Source: Desulfotalea psychrophila LSv54 (GTDB lineage: Bacteria > Desulfobacterota > Desulfobulbia > Desulfobulbales > Desulfocapsaceae). Taken from it: a DNA stretch of 32,000 nt. Of this stretch, positions 19,832 through 28,733 are shown piece by piece; position 1 is the first letter of the stretch; the number at the start of each line of letters is the position of its first letter. The notes beneath the pieces are model-generated. The model made no database searches. It was not told the DNA's origin and worked only from the letters and a program-made list of their open reading frames with translations. The stretch is from assembly GCF_000025945.1 (NCBI RefSeq), contig NC_006138.1:2610001-2642000 (forward strand), in the 5' to 3' direction. The translations under genes were made by a program, and so were the position numbers.

Positions 19832-20306
19832 AGCCTTCTTCTCCCTCTGAAAGCTTCATATGCACAAGTCTTGCTACAGTTCAGGTCTACTGTAAACAGT
19901 AGGATCGTATTCAAAATCAGGACGTTCTCAAGATATCGTGCAAGGCCTACGATGCCAATCCACCTGTGCCAAGGTCTGCTCAGGCAGATGGTCACGAAAA
20001 ATAGCCCAAAGCCACCTTCACCTTACGGAGGGGGAATTTCGCAGCCCGGACAACCGCAAAGCCGCCTCTGCCATATTGCTTCATGGTAACCAGATACCGG
20101 GGAAGCCCCCCTTCTCCATGCCTGACAGGATTGTATCATAAAAAAGAGGCTCGCCGCAAATCATTGCACTCTTGTCAGTGGCTAAGGGGGCCGGAGGAGA
20201 TGATGGGGCAGGACTGAATCGTGCCACCAACCGGTGCGGGCACGGCACAGGCCTTCTCCTGTTTCTACCGTTTGATATAAAAATGGAAGGTGTGAGCTGG
20301 GCGGGG

Positions 20307-20666
20307 AGGATGGAGTGGGGTTAATGTCTATTAGTGATTAGCTCCACTCCAGGGTGAAGGAGGCATCTCTGTTTAATTTTACCCGGCTGCCATACTTCTT
20401 CCCCTCTCTGTTGAGAATATCCCTGAGCCAGAGGGTATCGGCCTTCGTTGCCCTGTTTACCCTGAAATGTTTAATCCGGGTGGGGGTCATCTGCAGGTGA
20501 AGCAGTTTTCCCGATACGGGTTCCACTGTGACATTATACATCAGGCCCAGGTCATCTCTACAAGACTTACTGACACTTATTCCCTCGTAATCATTCAGAA
20601 AATCGCCACTACCATGGATGAGGAGCCTGTCCCTGCAGGCCTCCACTCCCTGGACATGATGTGATG
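20307..20666. repeat. direct repeat copy A (~360 bp; CapA 3' end plus ~30 bp downstream)
   Basis: Nucleotide-level alignment by eye to 21831-22192. Long identical runs include ccactccagggtgaagga, gccctgtttaccctgaaatgtttaatcc, gtgaagcagttttcccgatacggg and cttattccctcgtaatcatt. Similarity also covers the non-coding gttaatgtctattag just beyond the stop. Confidence 0.85.
20338..20666 (-). pseudogene. 5'-truncated duplicate of the 3' end of the CapA-family gene
   Basis: The 102-aa reading frame (track ORF 20338..20646, GTG-initiated) aligns without gaps to the last 102 aa of ORF 21862..23007, with 13 mismatches by my count. Homology continues in frame to 20666 (..TSHHVQGVE..) and stops exactly at the LysE stop codon. 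The fragment lacks the whole metallophosphatase N-terminal part. Confidence 0.8.
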
Positions 20667-21317
20667 TTAGCTATTGGTTGTTGCAGCAACTTTCAAACCG
20701 AACCCAATTAAAACACCCCCAACAACCCTTTCGATGTTTTTTTTAGATTTTTTAAACAGTTGTAATAGCGCTGGCTGACTAAGAAAAATAGCCACAACAC
20801 TAAACCAGACTAGATGAGAAAGAGAAATGATCAGCCCATAAATAAGTTGCATCCACAGTGGCGTCTGAGGATTTACAACCTGGGTAAATATACTTAAGAA
20901 GAAAATAGTTGTCTTAGGATTTAGGGCATTAGTAACGAAACCCACTTTAAATGCAGACCATTGAGATAGTACATTTACTGTAGAAGATTCATCTATATCA
21001 ATGAGGCTTTTTGATCTGAGTGTCTTCCAACCAATATAGATTAAATAAGCCGCACCTAAATACTTAATGACTGAAAACAGCACAATTGATTTTGAAATAA
21101 TAAGGGCTAATCCGGCAATCGAATATGCCACATGAATCCAAATGGCAAAACTGACACCCAGTGCAGAGAAGATACCAGCAGAACGACTATAAAAAACACT
21201 ATTTCTTGTTACCATAACAAAATCAGCTCCCGGGCTTATTGCCATCAATACTGCAATAACACTGACAGAGATCAGTTCCGGTAGGTACGGAAAACTTTGA
21301 AAAATTTCAATATGCAT
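20667..21317 (-). CDS. LysE/RhtB family amino-acid exporter
   Basis: 216 aa with about six hydrophobic helices. It has the family-typical N-terminus (...ISPGADFVMV..NS...) and overall LysE-type architecture. Confidence 0.8.
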   Translation of the reverse strand: MHIEIFQSFPYLPELISVSVIAVLMAISPGADFVMVTRNSVFYSRSAGIFSALGVSFAIWIHVAYSIAGLALIISKSIVLFSVIKYLGAAYLIYIGWKTLRSKSLIDIDESSTVNVLSQWSAFKVGFVTNALNPKTTIFFLSIFTQVVNPQTPLWMQLIYGLIISLSHLVWFSVVAIFLSQPALLQLFKKSKKNIERVVGGVLIGFGLKVAATTNS

Positions 21318-21830
21318 CTTTAATCCTCATACATAGTTTGATTACTAACAATCGGCTAGAGCAAATGCTTTTCTGCCTCTTGCCCCCAAAACCAAATGAC
21401 AGTTTCCCTTCATACGGCCCAAGCGTTCAGCAAAAGACAACCTTGTGGGACGATACTCTCTGACTGTTAGTGCTGAAATTAATCGAATTTACTTTCGATT
21501 GCGATATTGCCAAAATAGTTAGCGTATTCGGGCTCATAAGAATCCGCAACTGCTTTAACAGATCATATTATACCGAGCGACCTTAATCGTACCACCTCAT
21601 AGAGCAAGGCCTTTTAAAATCTTGCTCCTGGCTATGAACACCCATCGACGTTTTGAACAGATCTTATATAACCACTCTTTATACTTTTTTAAATGACTTC
21701 GGCTGATTATGCGACACAATCGTTTGTAACCAAAGATATCAATAAGAGAAAAGAGTTCCAATGATACTACATGCCAGAGAGGCACGGAGACTCCCTTCTG
21801 TATCTATTGTTTAATATCAGGATATGTGAA

Positions 21831-22192
21831 AGGTTGGAGCTAAGTTAATGTCTATTAGGGATTAACCCCACTCCAGGGTGAAGGAGCGATCTCTGTTTAG
21901 CTTTACCCGGCTGCCATACTTCTTTCCCTCTCTATTCAAAATATCCCTGAGCCACAGAATATCAGCCTTCGCTGCCCTGTTTACCCTGAAATGTTTAATC
22001 CTGGTTGGGATCATCTGTAGGTGAAGCAGTTTTCCCGATACGGGTGCCACGGTGACATTATACATTAAACCCAGGTCATCTCTAAAAGACTTGTTTATAC
22101 TTATTCCCTCGTAATCATTTAGAAAATCTCCACTACCATGGATGATCAGCCTGTCCTTATATACCTCCACTCCCTGAACATGATGGGATGAG
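21831..22192. repeat. direct repeat copy B (within and just downstream of the intact CapA-family gene)
   Basis: See copy A. Same orientation, ~1.5 kb apart. Confidence 0.85.
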
Positions 22193-23007
22193 TGTCCATG
22201 GATGAGATCAACACCCGCCTCATCAATCAGCCGGTGGGCAAATTTTATCTGCTGGGGAGGTATCTCATATCCCCAGTTGCCGCCCCAATGAATAGAGATA
22301 AGAGCTATATCCCCCGGCTCCTTGCTCTCTGCCACCTTTTCTTTGATAGAGTTCAGGCTCCTGTCCGACAGATCTTCCAGGAAATTTATTCCCGGCTGCT
22401 CATCTGTTGCGGCCCAACTGGGGGGAATCCCGCTTGTCCTGACCCCGTAGGAAAAGATAATAACCCTGCCCTTTCCCTTCACCTCCATTATGGCAGGTTT
22501 TTCCGCCTCGGCAATATTTCTACCCGCGCCGGCGCTCTTCACCCGCGCTCTGTTCAGTGTTTCCAGGGTCTCCACAAGTCCGGAACGTCCCCAATCAAGA
22601 ACATGGTTGTTTGCCAGAGCACAAAAATCGATTTTAGCCGCCGTCAGACAGGCGATATTTTCCGGATTCATCCTGTAGTTGATGCCCTTACCCTTCCAGG
22701 GATTATTACTCTTGGTTACGCTTGTCTCCAGGTTAATAATCCTTAAATCGGGCGATAGCCGGTCAAGTTCAGCAAGGGCATCGCCCCAGATATAGGGCCA
22801 GCTGACAGGATAGGGAAAGGGGCCATTGGCCTGCTCTGCAATCTCTATATAACCTTTAGCAGATTTCATAGACTGCTCATGGATTACAGGATTACCGGGG
22901 TGGGGTAGCACCTGATCAATGCCCCTACCTAACATAACATCGCCGCACATGAAGATGCTAATAGCCCGTGGATCTCTTTGCCGATCAATGCTTGTTTCTG
23001 CAGACAT
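21862..23007 (-). CDS. CapA family protein (PGA_cap, metallophosphatase-fold; poly-gamma-glutamate capsule synthesis-like)
   Basis: 381 aa. The N-terminal FMCGDVMLGRGIDQ is typical of CapA/YwtB. Later motifs are ANNH..D.G and IHWG.N, and the His-rich HGHSSHH. Confidence 0.8.
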   Translation of the reverse strand: MSAETSIDRQRDPRAISIFMCGDVMLGRGIDQVLPHPGNPVIHEQSMKSAKGYIEIAEQANGPFPYPVSWPYIWGDALAELDRLSPDLRIINLETSVTKSNNPWKGKGINYRMNPENIACLTAAKIDFCALANNHVLDWGRSGLVETLETLNRARVKSAGAGRNIAEAEKPAIMEVKGKGRVIIFSYGVRTSGIPPSWAATDEQPGINFLEDLSDRSLNSIKEKVAESKEPGDIALISIHWGGNWGYEIPPQQIKFAHRLIDEAGVDLIHGHSSHHVQGVEVYKDRLIIHGSGDFLNDYEGISINKSFRDDLGLMYNVTVAPVSGKLLHLQMIPTRIKHFRVNRAAKADILWLRDILNREGKKYGSRVKLNRDRSFTLEWG

Positions 23008-23202
23008 TTTTTTGTCCCTGGGGTTGATGGATGGGGAGGCCCCCCGATCTTATTGCATATAGAATGATATCACAGGAAGAGGCTACGGCAAATTAAGCAG
23101 AGACTGTTCCTCCGCCTCCTCATGCTGCCTCTTATGCACAAACCTTGACGCAGGGACGCAACACCTGTCATAGAGGTACTCAATTCAATGACTGTCCTCC
23201 AC

Positions 23203-24345
23203 TCATTTAGGAAGGACATCTCCTGTTTTCTTTAACCCCTGAGACAAACCGGACTGGCCAAGAGGACGTGTTTCGCCAATTTTCATAATCCAAAGCCTCT
23301 CCTCAGAAAGGCCATTATCAAGCCCGGCCCTGCTAAACCGTTTTGGCGGTTCCCAGGTCGGCTCATCCGACAAACCAATTGTTCCCCAGTGTGAGGCTAT
23401 CAGGGTGAATGCCCGAATTTCATTGCCGACGGTAACTGCCTCTTCGGGGTTGATATGTGACATCCTCATCAGTTTTCTGGGTGCATAGGCACCGATGGGC
23501 AGAATGGCGTAGTCAAGTGGACCATACTGCCTGCCGATCAGTTTGAATATTGTCTCGGAATATCCGGTGTCACCGACAAAGAGCATTTTTTTGGTAGAAC
23601 TCTCTATCAGCCACGATGCCCACAGGGTTTGATTGCGATTTTTTATACTTCGTCCTGAATTGTGAATGGCAGGTAGGGCAGTTAATGTCAGCTCGCCAAG
23701 TGCGATTGATTCGTTCCAGTCTAACTCTGTTACCCTCCCATATCCCCGTTCACTGAAAAACGATTTTAAGCCCAGGGGGACTACAACCTCAATTTTATCT
23801 TTATCTAAACAGCGAACGGATTCATCGTCCAGGTGGTCATAGTGATCATGTGAAACAATAATAATATCTATCGGCGGCAGCCTATCCATGGGGATTCCCG
23901 CTCCTGCAAACCGCCTGGGGCCCGCCCAGGAAAGAGGGCTGGCAAATTCCGTCAAAAACGGATCTGTCAGTATCGTTTTACCTGAAACCCTGATAAGAAA
24001 GCTTGCATGCCCCAGCCAGGTTATCCGATCGCCACCAATGGAACTGAGCGATTTCATCGCCTCTGCTTCAGGTACCCAATGTCCATTCGGGATGGAAGGA
24101 AGAAAGATAGAGCTCCAAAGTCTGCGCAGGTAGAACGGCAGACCTTTAGGAGCGGCTGTCTGCACAGGGGGATAATTTTGAAATCCGTAGGTGGTGTGAT
24201 GTGGGGCCCTTCCCATAGTTTCGTCATTGCTTTCTGCAGGCATGACAGAATATCCTAAGGTGAGAATTAAAAAGAGTGCTGCGCCAATGATAGTCAATAA
24301 ATTTTTCATAGTTCGATGCGCTACCCCTAAGAGCCGGGCCGACAT
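23203..24345 (-). CDS. MBL-fold metallo-hydrolase, NAPE-PLD-like (Lactamase_B_2 type), membrane-anchored
   Basis: ITWLGHASFLI...ILTDPF...PPIDIIIVSHDHYDHLD matches the NAPE-PLD-like MBL pattern. There is an N-terminal TM helix. The alternative start MKNLL is at the complement of 24307-24309. Confidence 0.8.
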   Translation of the reverse strand: MSARLLGVAHRTMKNLLTIIGAALFLILTLGYSVMPAESNDETMGRAPHHTTYGFQNYPPVQTAAPKGLPFYLRRLWSSIFLPSIPNGHWVPEAEAMKSLSSIGGDRITWLGHASFLIRVSGKTILTDPFLTEFASPLSWAGPRRFAGAGIPMDRLPPIDIIIVSHDHYDHLDDESVRCLDKDKIEVVVPLGLKSFFSERGYGRVTELDWNESIALGELTLTALPAIHNSGRSIKNRNQTLWASWLIESSTKKMLFVGDTGYSETIFKLIGRQYGPLDYAILPIGAYAPRKLMRMSHINPEEAVTVGNEIRAFTLIASHWGTIGLSDEPTWEPPKRFSRAGLDNGLSEERLWIMKIGETRPLGQSGLSQGLKKTGDVLPK

Positions 24346-24359
24346 TTCTCTGAGCTGTT

Positions 24360-24788
24360 TTATCCCTCATAGTACCGCGCTTCGATGAGGTTGCCCTCCG
24401 GGTCTCGAAAATAGATCGACGTTCCAACGCCGTGTGCCCCCCAGCGTGGAACAGGGCCCTCTTCTATGGTGACCTTGCCGTCCTTAAGTCGCTGGCAAAG
24501 GTTCTGCCAGCTTCCCTTAGTCAGGGCCAGACAGAAATGGTTCAGATTCTCACCCCCCTGCCCCGCCCCGGCACTATTCTCCCACATCTCTTGCGGAAAG
24601 AGGTCGATAATTGTATTTGAATTCAGGCGCAGAGAGGGAAATGGCACTTTCCCGGTCCGGTACTCCTGCAAACGTTCAGGGGCAAACATGAGTACCTTTA
24701 AGTAGAAATCAATCATCTTCTTCTCATCTGTCATATTCAAAACGATGTGATCCAGTAAACACTCCATCAATCCCTCCAGGATAGTCAT
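24360..24788 (-). CDS. VOC family protein (glyoxalase/bleomycin-resistance/dioxygenase fold)
   Basis: 142 aa. It contains LDHIVLNMTD, HFCLAL and SIYFRDPEGNLIE, which are classic VOC beta-alpha-beta-beta-beta module motifs. Confidence 0.8.
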   Translation of the reverse strand: MTILEGLMECLLDHIVLNMTDEKKMIDFYLKVLMFAPERLQEYRTGKVPFPSLRLNSNTIIDLFPQEMWENSAGAGQGGENLNHFCLALTKGSWQNLCQRLKDGKVTIEEGPVPRWGAHGVGTSIYFRDPEGNLIEARYYEG

Positions 24789-24841
24789 AGACTGCTAATC
24801 AGTTTTTTCCTCGGCTCTATTTATATGACTCTTTCATAACT

Positions 24842-25174
24842 TCACTCAATAAATTTCCCAATCACACTATGCTCTATCTTGATTTCATGAATGAGGCGAT
24901 CATAATTTTTCATTCGAATTATTGACTTTATTATCAGGTAAGTACCAAAAACAATTAAGGCAAAATTAAGTACTGCCAACGGGATAAGAAAATATAAAAC
25001 ATGGAGGACATTATAAAATCTTGAAGTAGCTATAAGCATACTGATAGCGGCCAGCGGCAAAGCTAAAACAGCTATACCAGTCCGCAGCACAGCTAAAGAT
25101 GTGCGCTTTTCTGCTAAAAGAAGTTGCACCTCATTGATAATGATTGAATCAATTTTGTCTGTATCGTTGCTCAA
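24842..25174 (-). CDS. DUF202 (YidH-like) small membrane protein
   Basis: 110 aa with a TTG start in the track. LAEKRTSLAVLRTGIAVLALPL resembles the DUF202 'ANERTFLAWIRT' segment. Two to three TM helices follow. Confidence 0.55.
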   Translation of the reverse strand: MSNDTDKIDSIIINEVQLLLAEKRTSLAVLRTGIAVLALPLAAISMLIATSRFYNVLHVLYFLIPLAVLNFALIVFGTYLIIKSIIRMKNYDRLIHEIKIEHSVIGKFIE

Positions 25175-25223
25175 CTTTTATACCTTTTGTCTAAATTTCC
25201 TTCTCCATTACGCTTGCCAGCAA

Positions 25224-25919
25224 CTAAGCACCAAGGAAAATGACTTGAGATCTCTCCAGTAGCGCTTTTGCAGTCAGCTCCGATGAGGCAGGGTTTTGCC
25301 CCGTGATCAGGTTGCCGTCCGTAATAACATGGGCCTGCCAATCATCGGCCTTTGAGTAATTTGCCCCCTTTGACTTCAAATCTGTTTCAACCAGAAATGG
25401 TACAATCTCCGAGAGTTGCCCGGCGTTCTCTTCCGAGTTGCTGAAACCCGTCACAGACTTTCCCTTGACCAGAGGTTCCCCGGCAGGAGTACGAGCATGA
25501 CGGAGCACAGCAGGCCCATGACATACCGCAGCAACGGGTTTGCCGGCAGCATAGATGGACTCAATCAGGGCAATGGAGTGACGATCTTCGGCCAGGTCCC
25601 AAAGTGGCCCATGGCCACCGGGATAAAAGACTGCATCGAAATTATCAGGATCAATATCAGAGAGCTTCAAGGTATTTGCCAATGCCGTCTGGGCGTCAAT
25701 ATCGGCCCTGAACCTTCCTGCCGCCTCTGTTTGTCGGCTCGGTTTATCACTCTTTGGATCCAGAGGTGGTTGTCCCCCCCTTGGTGAAGCCAGGGTGATC
25801 TCTACACCTGCGTCCTTAAAAAGGTAGTAAGGGGCAACGAATTCCTCCAGCCAAAACCCGGTTTTTCCACCTGTATCTCCAAGCCTATCGTGTGATGTCA
25901 GCACCATGAGAAATTTCAT
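25224..25919 (-). CDS. DJ-1/PfpI family (class I glutamine amidotransferase-like) protein
   Basis: 231 aa. It contains DAVFYPGGHGP and the nucleophile-elbow AAVCHGPAVL, matching the Hsp31/DJ-1-like layout. Confidence 0.85.
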   Translation of the reverse strand: MKFLMVLTSHDRLGDTGGKTGFWLEEFVAPYYLFKDAGVEITLASPRGGQPPLDPKSDKPSRQTEAAGRFRADIDAQTALANTLKLSDIDPDNFDAVFYPGGHGPLWDLAEDRHSIALIESIYAAGKPVAAVCHGPAVLRHARTPAGEPLVKGKSVTGFSNSEENAGQLSEIVPFLVETDLKSKGANYSKADDWQAHVITDGNLITGQNPASSELTAKALLERSQVIFLGA

Positions 25920-26509
25920 CTGCGCTCCCCCCTGTTTTTTTAGTTATAAATAATCTACTTAAGGTTTGGTAAGCTACAGCAGGGCAGCTGCCACCGGCAG
26001 TCTATCCTCGCACACATCCTGCCCACGGGATCGTTAATCCTATCATGGCAGACAGGCCCACAGCAAATCGTAAGTACCCTGACTAAGCATATGAAACTTC
26101 GACCTACGATTGCTAGGCCCCCCGCCAGTGATGGGGCTCTTTTAAGGACCGCTATGGGCGTGATGGTTGGGGGAGACATCCTGGAATGATTATTTGATGG
26201 AACTAAGGGCAAGCTAGGGGTATAGTCGGATATGCCCTGTCATTATAATGGGTTGTCTTGGCTGAATGGCCTGCTCTATCCCATGGATGACACGGAGACT
26301 CTGTTCTATGTCTGTTGCTTGATATTGGGATATATGGGAATGGGTAGCATGGAACAAAACTGTTATATCCGAAGACATATTCTTCTATATAGACACTGGA
26401 AAATAACAATAACCAGAATGAATGACAGCACAGTTATCTTATTTTTTAAGGGAAGGCATTCCCGTTCCAATTCTTGTGTTGGTGTTATCTATATTAATAA
26501 AATAATTAC

Positions 26510-27580
26510 ATGGAAGATACTTATAATATGATTGTTAAAATTCAAAAAGATAGCTCAAGACTTTCAAACAAAATAATCATTTATGCAATTGATGCAGGAG
26601 AAGGAGACTGTATACTGCTACATCAGCTAGATACTGACGTTAAAATATTAATCGATTCTGGGCCAAGTAAAGGAGAAGGAAGATTAAGTGTATATAATGC
26701 CCTATCTGAAATATTAGAAGGCGATAATTTCATTAATTTAGCGCTGGTAACCCATAATGATGATGACCATATAGGTGGTTTTATAGATTTGATTGATCAT
26801 AATATTATTGAGGTCGATACTTTCATATTCAATGATTCGTCTTATATAAAAAAACTCTTTCCCGTAAATGATGGTAAATACTCTTTAAGACAAGATGGAA
26901 ATCTACAACATGATATACTAAAGAATAAAATTAAACATTTACATAATCAAACTGACAGTGAAAGATTGAGCAGTTACTCTTACAGAGATTTCAAGTTTGA
27001 TTTTTTATCTCCAAACTATGAAAAACTTAAAATATACAATAGAGAAATAGGTAAACAGGAAACAAAACTTGAAAAAAAGAAGAAGTTTTCAAAACAAAAA
27101 AATATCGTCCCTCCCACTAAAGAACAACTCCAAGAACTAATCAGTGAACTAAAAGAGAACGATATTTTTGTTGAAGATAATAGACCAGCAAATGGCACTA
27201 GCTTAGCCTTTAGATTAAAAATTGGAACCAAGAGATTTCTTTTCTTAGGTGATTCGCATCCATCTTTAGTTACAACTCAACTGAAAAAATTGGAGGACAC
27301 TGTTTTTGATCTATGTAAATTATCACATCATGGAAGTGAAAAAAATACAAGCCCAGATTTACTTTCTAATATTAAATGTAAAGATTTCTTAATTTGTAGC
27401 AATGGTTGCAGGCATGGACATCCATCGCTAAAAACCATTGCAAGAGTTTTAATATCAGAGCCAAAATCTAAATTTTACTTTAGCTCAGACAGCGTCGAAA
27501 TTAAAAATTTAACAAATTCTATACCAATTATTAAGGAGTTTGCAAAATCTGGTTATTTAAAGGTTGAGTATGTGTATTAA
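26510..27580 (+). CDS. ComEC/Rec2-type MBL-fold hydrolase (candidate effector 1)
   Basis: 356 aa. IYAIDAGEGDCILLH...ILIDSGPS, then LALVTHNDDDHIGG (an HxDxDH variant of HxHxDH), FLGDSHP and KLSHHGSEKN are the ordered motifs of ComEC-like metallo-beta-lactamase domains. The alternative start is the ATG at 26528. Confidence 0.8.
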   Translation: MEDTYNMIVKIQKDSSRLSNKIIIYAIDAGEGDCILLHQLDTDVKILIDSGPSKGEGRLSVYNALSEILEGDNFINLALVTHNDDDHIGGFIDLIDHNIIEVDTFIFNDSSYIKKLFPVNDGKYSLRQDGNLQHDILKNKIKHLHNQTDSERLSSYSYRDFKFDFLSPNYEKLKIYNREIGKQETKLEKKKKFSKQKNIVPPTKEQLQELISELKENDIFVEDNRPANGTSLAFRLKIGTKRFLFLGDSHPSLVTTQLKKLEDTVFDLCKLSHHGSEKNTSPDLLSNIKCKDFLICSNGCRHGHPSLKTIARVLISEPKSKFYFSSDSVEIKNLTNSIPIIKEFAKSGYLKVEYVY

Positions 27581-28733
27581 TAACTATGCTGTGAGCGTAG
27601 AAGTTGCTGGACAGCAACCTCATGAAAGTAGTGGTTTTATTTTGAAAACTTTATGTAATTCAAAAAGTTTAATATTAACTTCAAAACATTCAGTTTGTAT
27701 AGAAAGAAACTTGTGCACAGACATTACCATTGATAAAAATAGTTGTAGAAAATGCAAAGCAAAACTTGATCACACCAAAATTTCTATTATCTTCAAAAAA
27801 ATTAAAATAACGCCACAAAACGTGTATGCCTCTGCAAGAACTGATGTTGCATTACTCGAGGTTGAATATGTAGAGGATGCTCCATTTCTTTCGCTAACAA
27901 ATGAAAATGAAAACAAGTATGTAGCTTGGTATAATTTGGGAAATGATCGATTTCTATTCGACAATCCAGAGATTCCAAATGATGGCCTTATCAAATTTAA
28001 CATTGCATCTAATGTAAATGCAGACTTAAAACCCAAAAAAAGAATGTTCGTGGGAGTTTCAGGTAGTCTAATCTTCAAAAAGATCAAAGAAACTTATTAC
28101 CCTGAAGCTATTCTTACAGAAGATGGGGGTGGTAATGACATTGGAGCAGAACAACTGGACAGAACACTTGTAAAGGAACTTGAAGAATTATCAGGTACAA
28201 TACTGTTCAATACTATAACTGATATAATTAACAAACAACCAGACAAAATACCCTCAACAAACAATGGCTCTTTATTTAATTTATTAGAAAAATCTAAGCA
28301 GTTATCTAGGTCAGACCAAGATTATAAATACATGATTGAAGAACTCACAGAGTTTTGCTCTGCCAGACCAGGAAGACCAATTATTGGACTCAAAAATAAG
28401 TTAATTGAAGGTCAAAGACAAGATTTGTTCTCAGATGCTGAATATTTGTCGAATAAATTTGCTAGACGTGTTTCAGCAGGACAGTTCTCCGCTACCGATG
28501 AAGTGATTTTCTTTCATTGTTTAAGTATGATTAATTCTGTTTTCACACAGTCTATTTCATCTTCAATAAAAAACGGAGCTAATGACAAGGAAATAGACAA
28601 AAAAATACTGGACGAAATAGTACTTCCACTATATTTAGAAGTAAGTAAGTTTGCACTTTCAATTTCTACAGAAATGATCACAGGAATGCTGTACTTTCTC
28701 ACAGGTAAATGCCATATAAGGTGGAATAAATGA
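27570..28733 (+). CDS. trypsin-like serine protease fused to a helical C-terminal domain (LmuA-like / ABC-3C effector component)
   Basis: Track ORF 27564..28733 has a TTG start. The ATG at 27570 follows aaagg. Triad-like motifs occur in the canonical order: LILTSKHSV (His), TDVALLEV (Asp), GVSGSLIF (Ser). A ~190-aa helix-rich C-terminal half follows. The start overlaps the upstream stop by 11 nt. Confidence 0.75.
   Translation: MCINNYAVSVEVAGQQPHESSGFILKTLCNSKSLILTSKHSVCIERNLCTDITIDKNSCRKCKAKLDHTKISIIFKKIKITPQNVYASARTDVALLEVEYVEDAPFLSLTNENENKYVAWYNLGNDRFLFDNPEIPNDGLIKFNIASNVNADLKPKKRMFVGVSGSLIFKKIKETYYPEAILTEDGGGNDIGAEQLDRTLVKELEELSGTILFNTITDIINKQPDKIPSTNNGSLFNLLEKSKQLSRSDQDYKYMIEELTEFCSARPGRPIIGLKNKLIEGQRQDLFSDAEYLSNKFARRVSAGQFSATDEVIFFHCLSMINSVFTQSISSSIKNGANDKEIDKKILDEIVLPLYLEVSKFALSISTEMITGMLYFLTGKCHIRWNK

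Noticed and set aside
19832-20306. Small ORFs in the GC-rich 475-bp gap upstream of the kinase gene (19871..20089, 19938..20141, and a 30-aa minus-strand frame MKQYGRGGFAVV...)
   Set aside because: They have no RBS, no motifs and Arg/Pro/Ser-rich noise-like composition. The gap is more likely the promoter/regulatory region of the kinase operon plus the 3' flank of the duplicated capA fragment.
21597-21785. 62-aa ORF in the spacer upstream of LysE. IFGYKR...SHLKKYKEWLYKICSKRRW...ILKGLAL faintly recalls the FLGY...K.FK.KI...ILRGW..Y segment of group II intron maturases
   Set aside because: It is too short and the resemblance rests on a handful of residues. No RT motifs, no intron domain V-like hairpin and no GUGYG 5' end are nearby. 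It needs a profile search before any claim. If confirmed, it would support a mobile-element origin of the LysE insertion.
22192-22746. 184-aa plus-strand ORF
   Set aside because: It is antisense within the CapA-family gene and its composition is not protein-like.
23203-25919. Idea of a 'three glyoxalase folds' methylglyoxal detoxification cluster (MBL = glyoxalase II, VOC = glyoxalase I, DJ-1 = glyoxalase III)
   Set aside because: The MBL protein carries the NAPE-PLD/Lactamase_B_2-type N-terminal pattern (ITWLGHASFLI...LTDP) and a membrane anchor, not the glyoxalase II pattern. VOC and DJ-1 families are too functionally diverse to infer substrate. Adjacency alone is insufficient.
25950-26330. 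Possible intact tmRNA, tRNA or RNase P RNA at the island junction
   Set aside because: Only two short ssrA-like words are present (gactaagcat, cccgccag). No GGTTCRAnTCC T-loop, acceptor/CCA end, resume-codon/tag frame or GGAAAGTCCGG-type RNase P motif is visible on either strand. On the minus strand there is too little room before the DJ-1/PfpI gene. It is kept only as a low-confidence 'remnant' idea in the findings.
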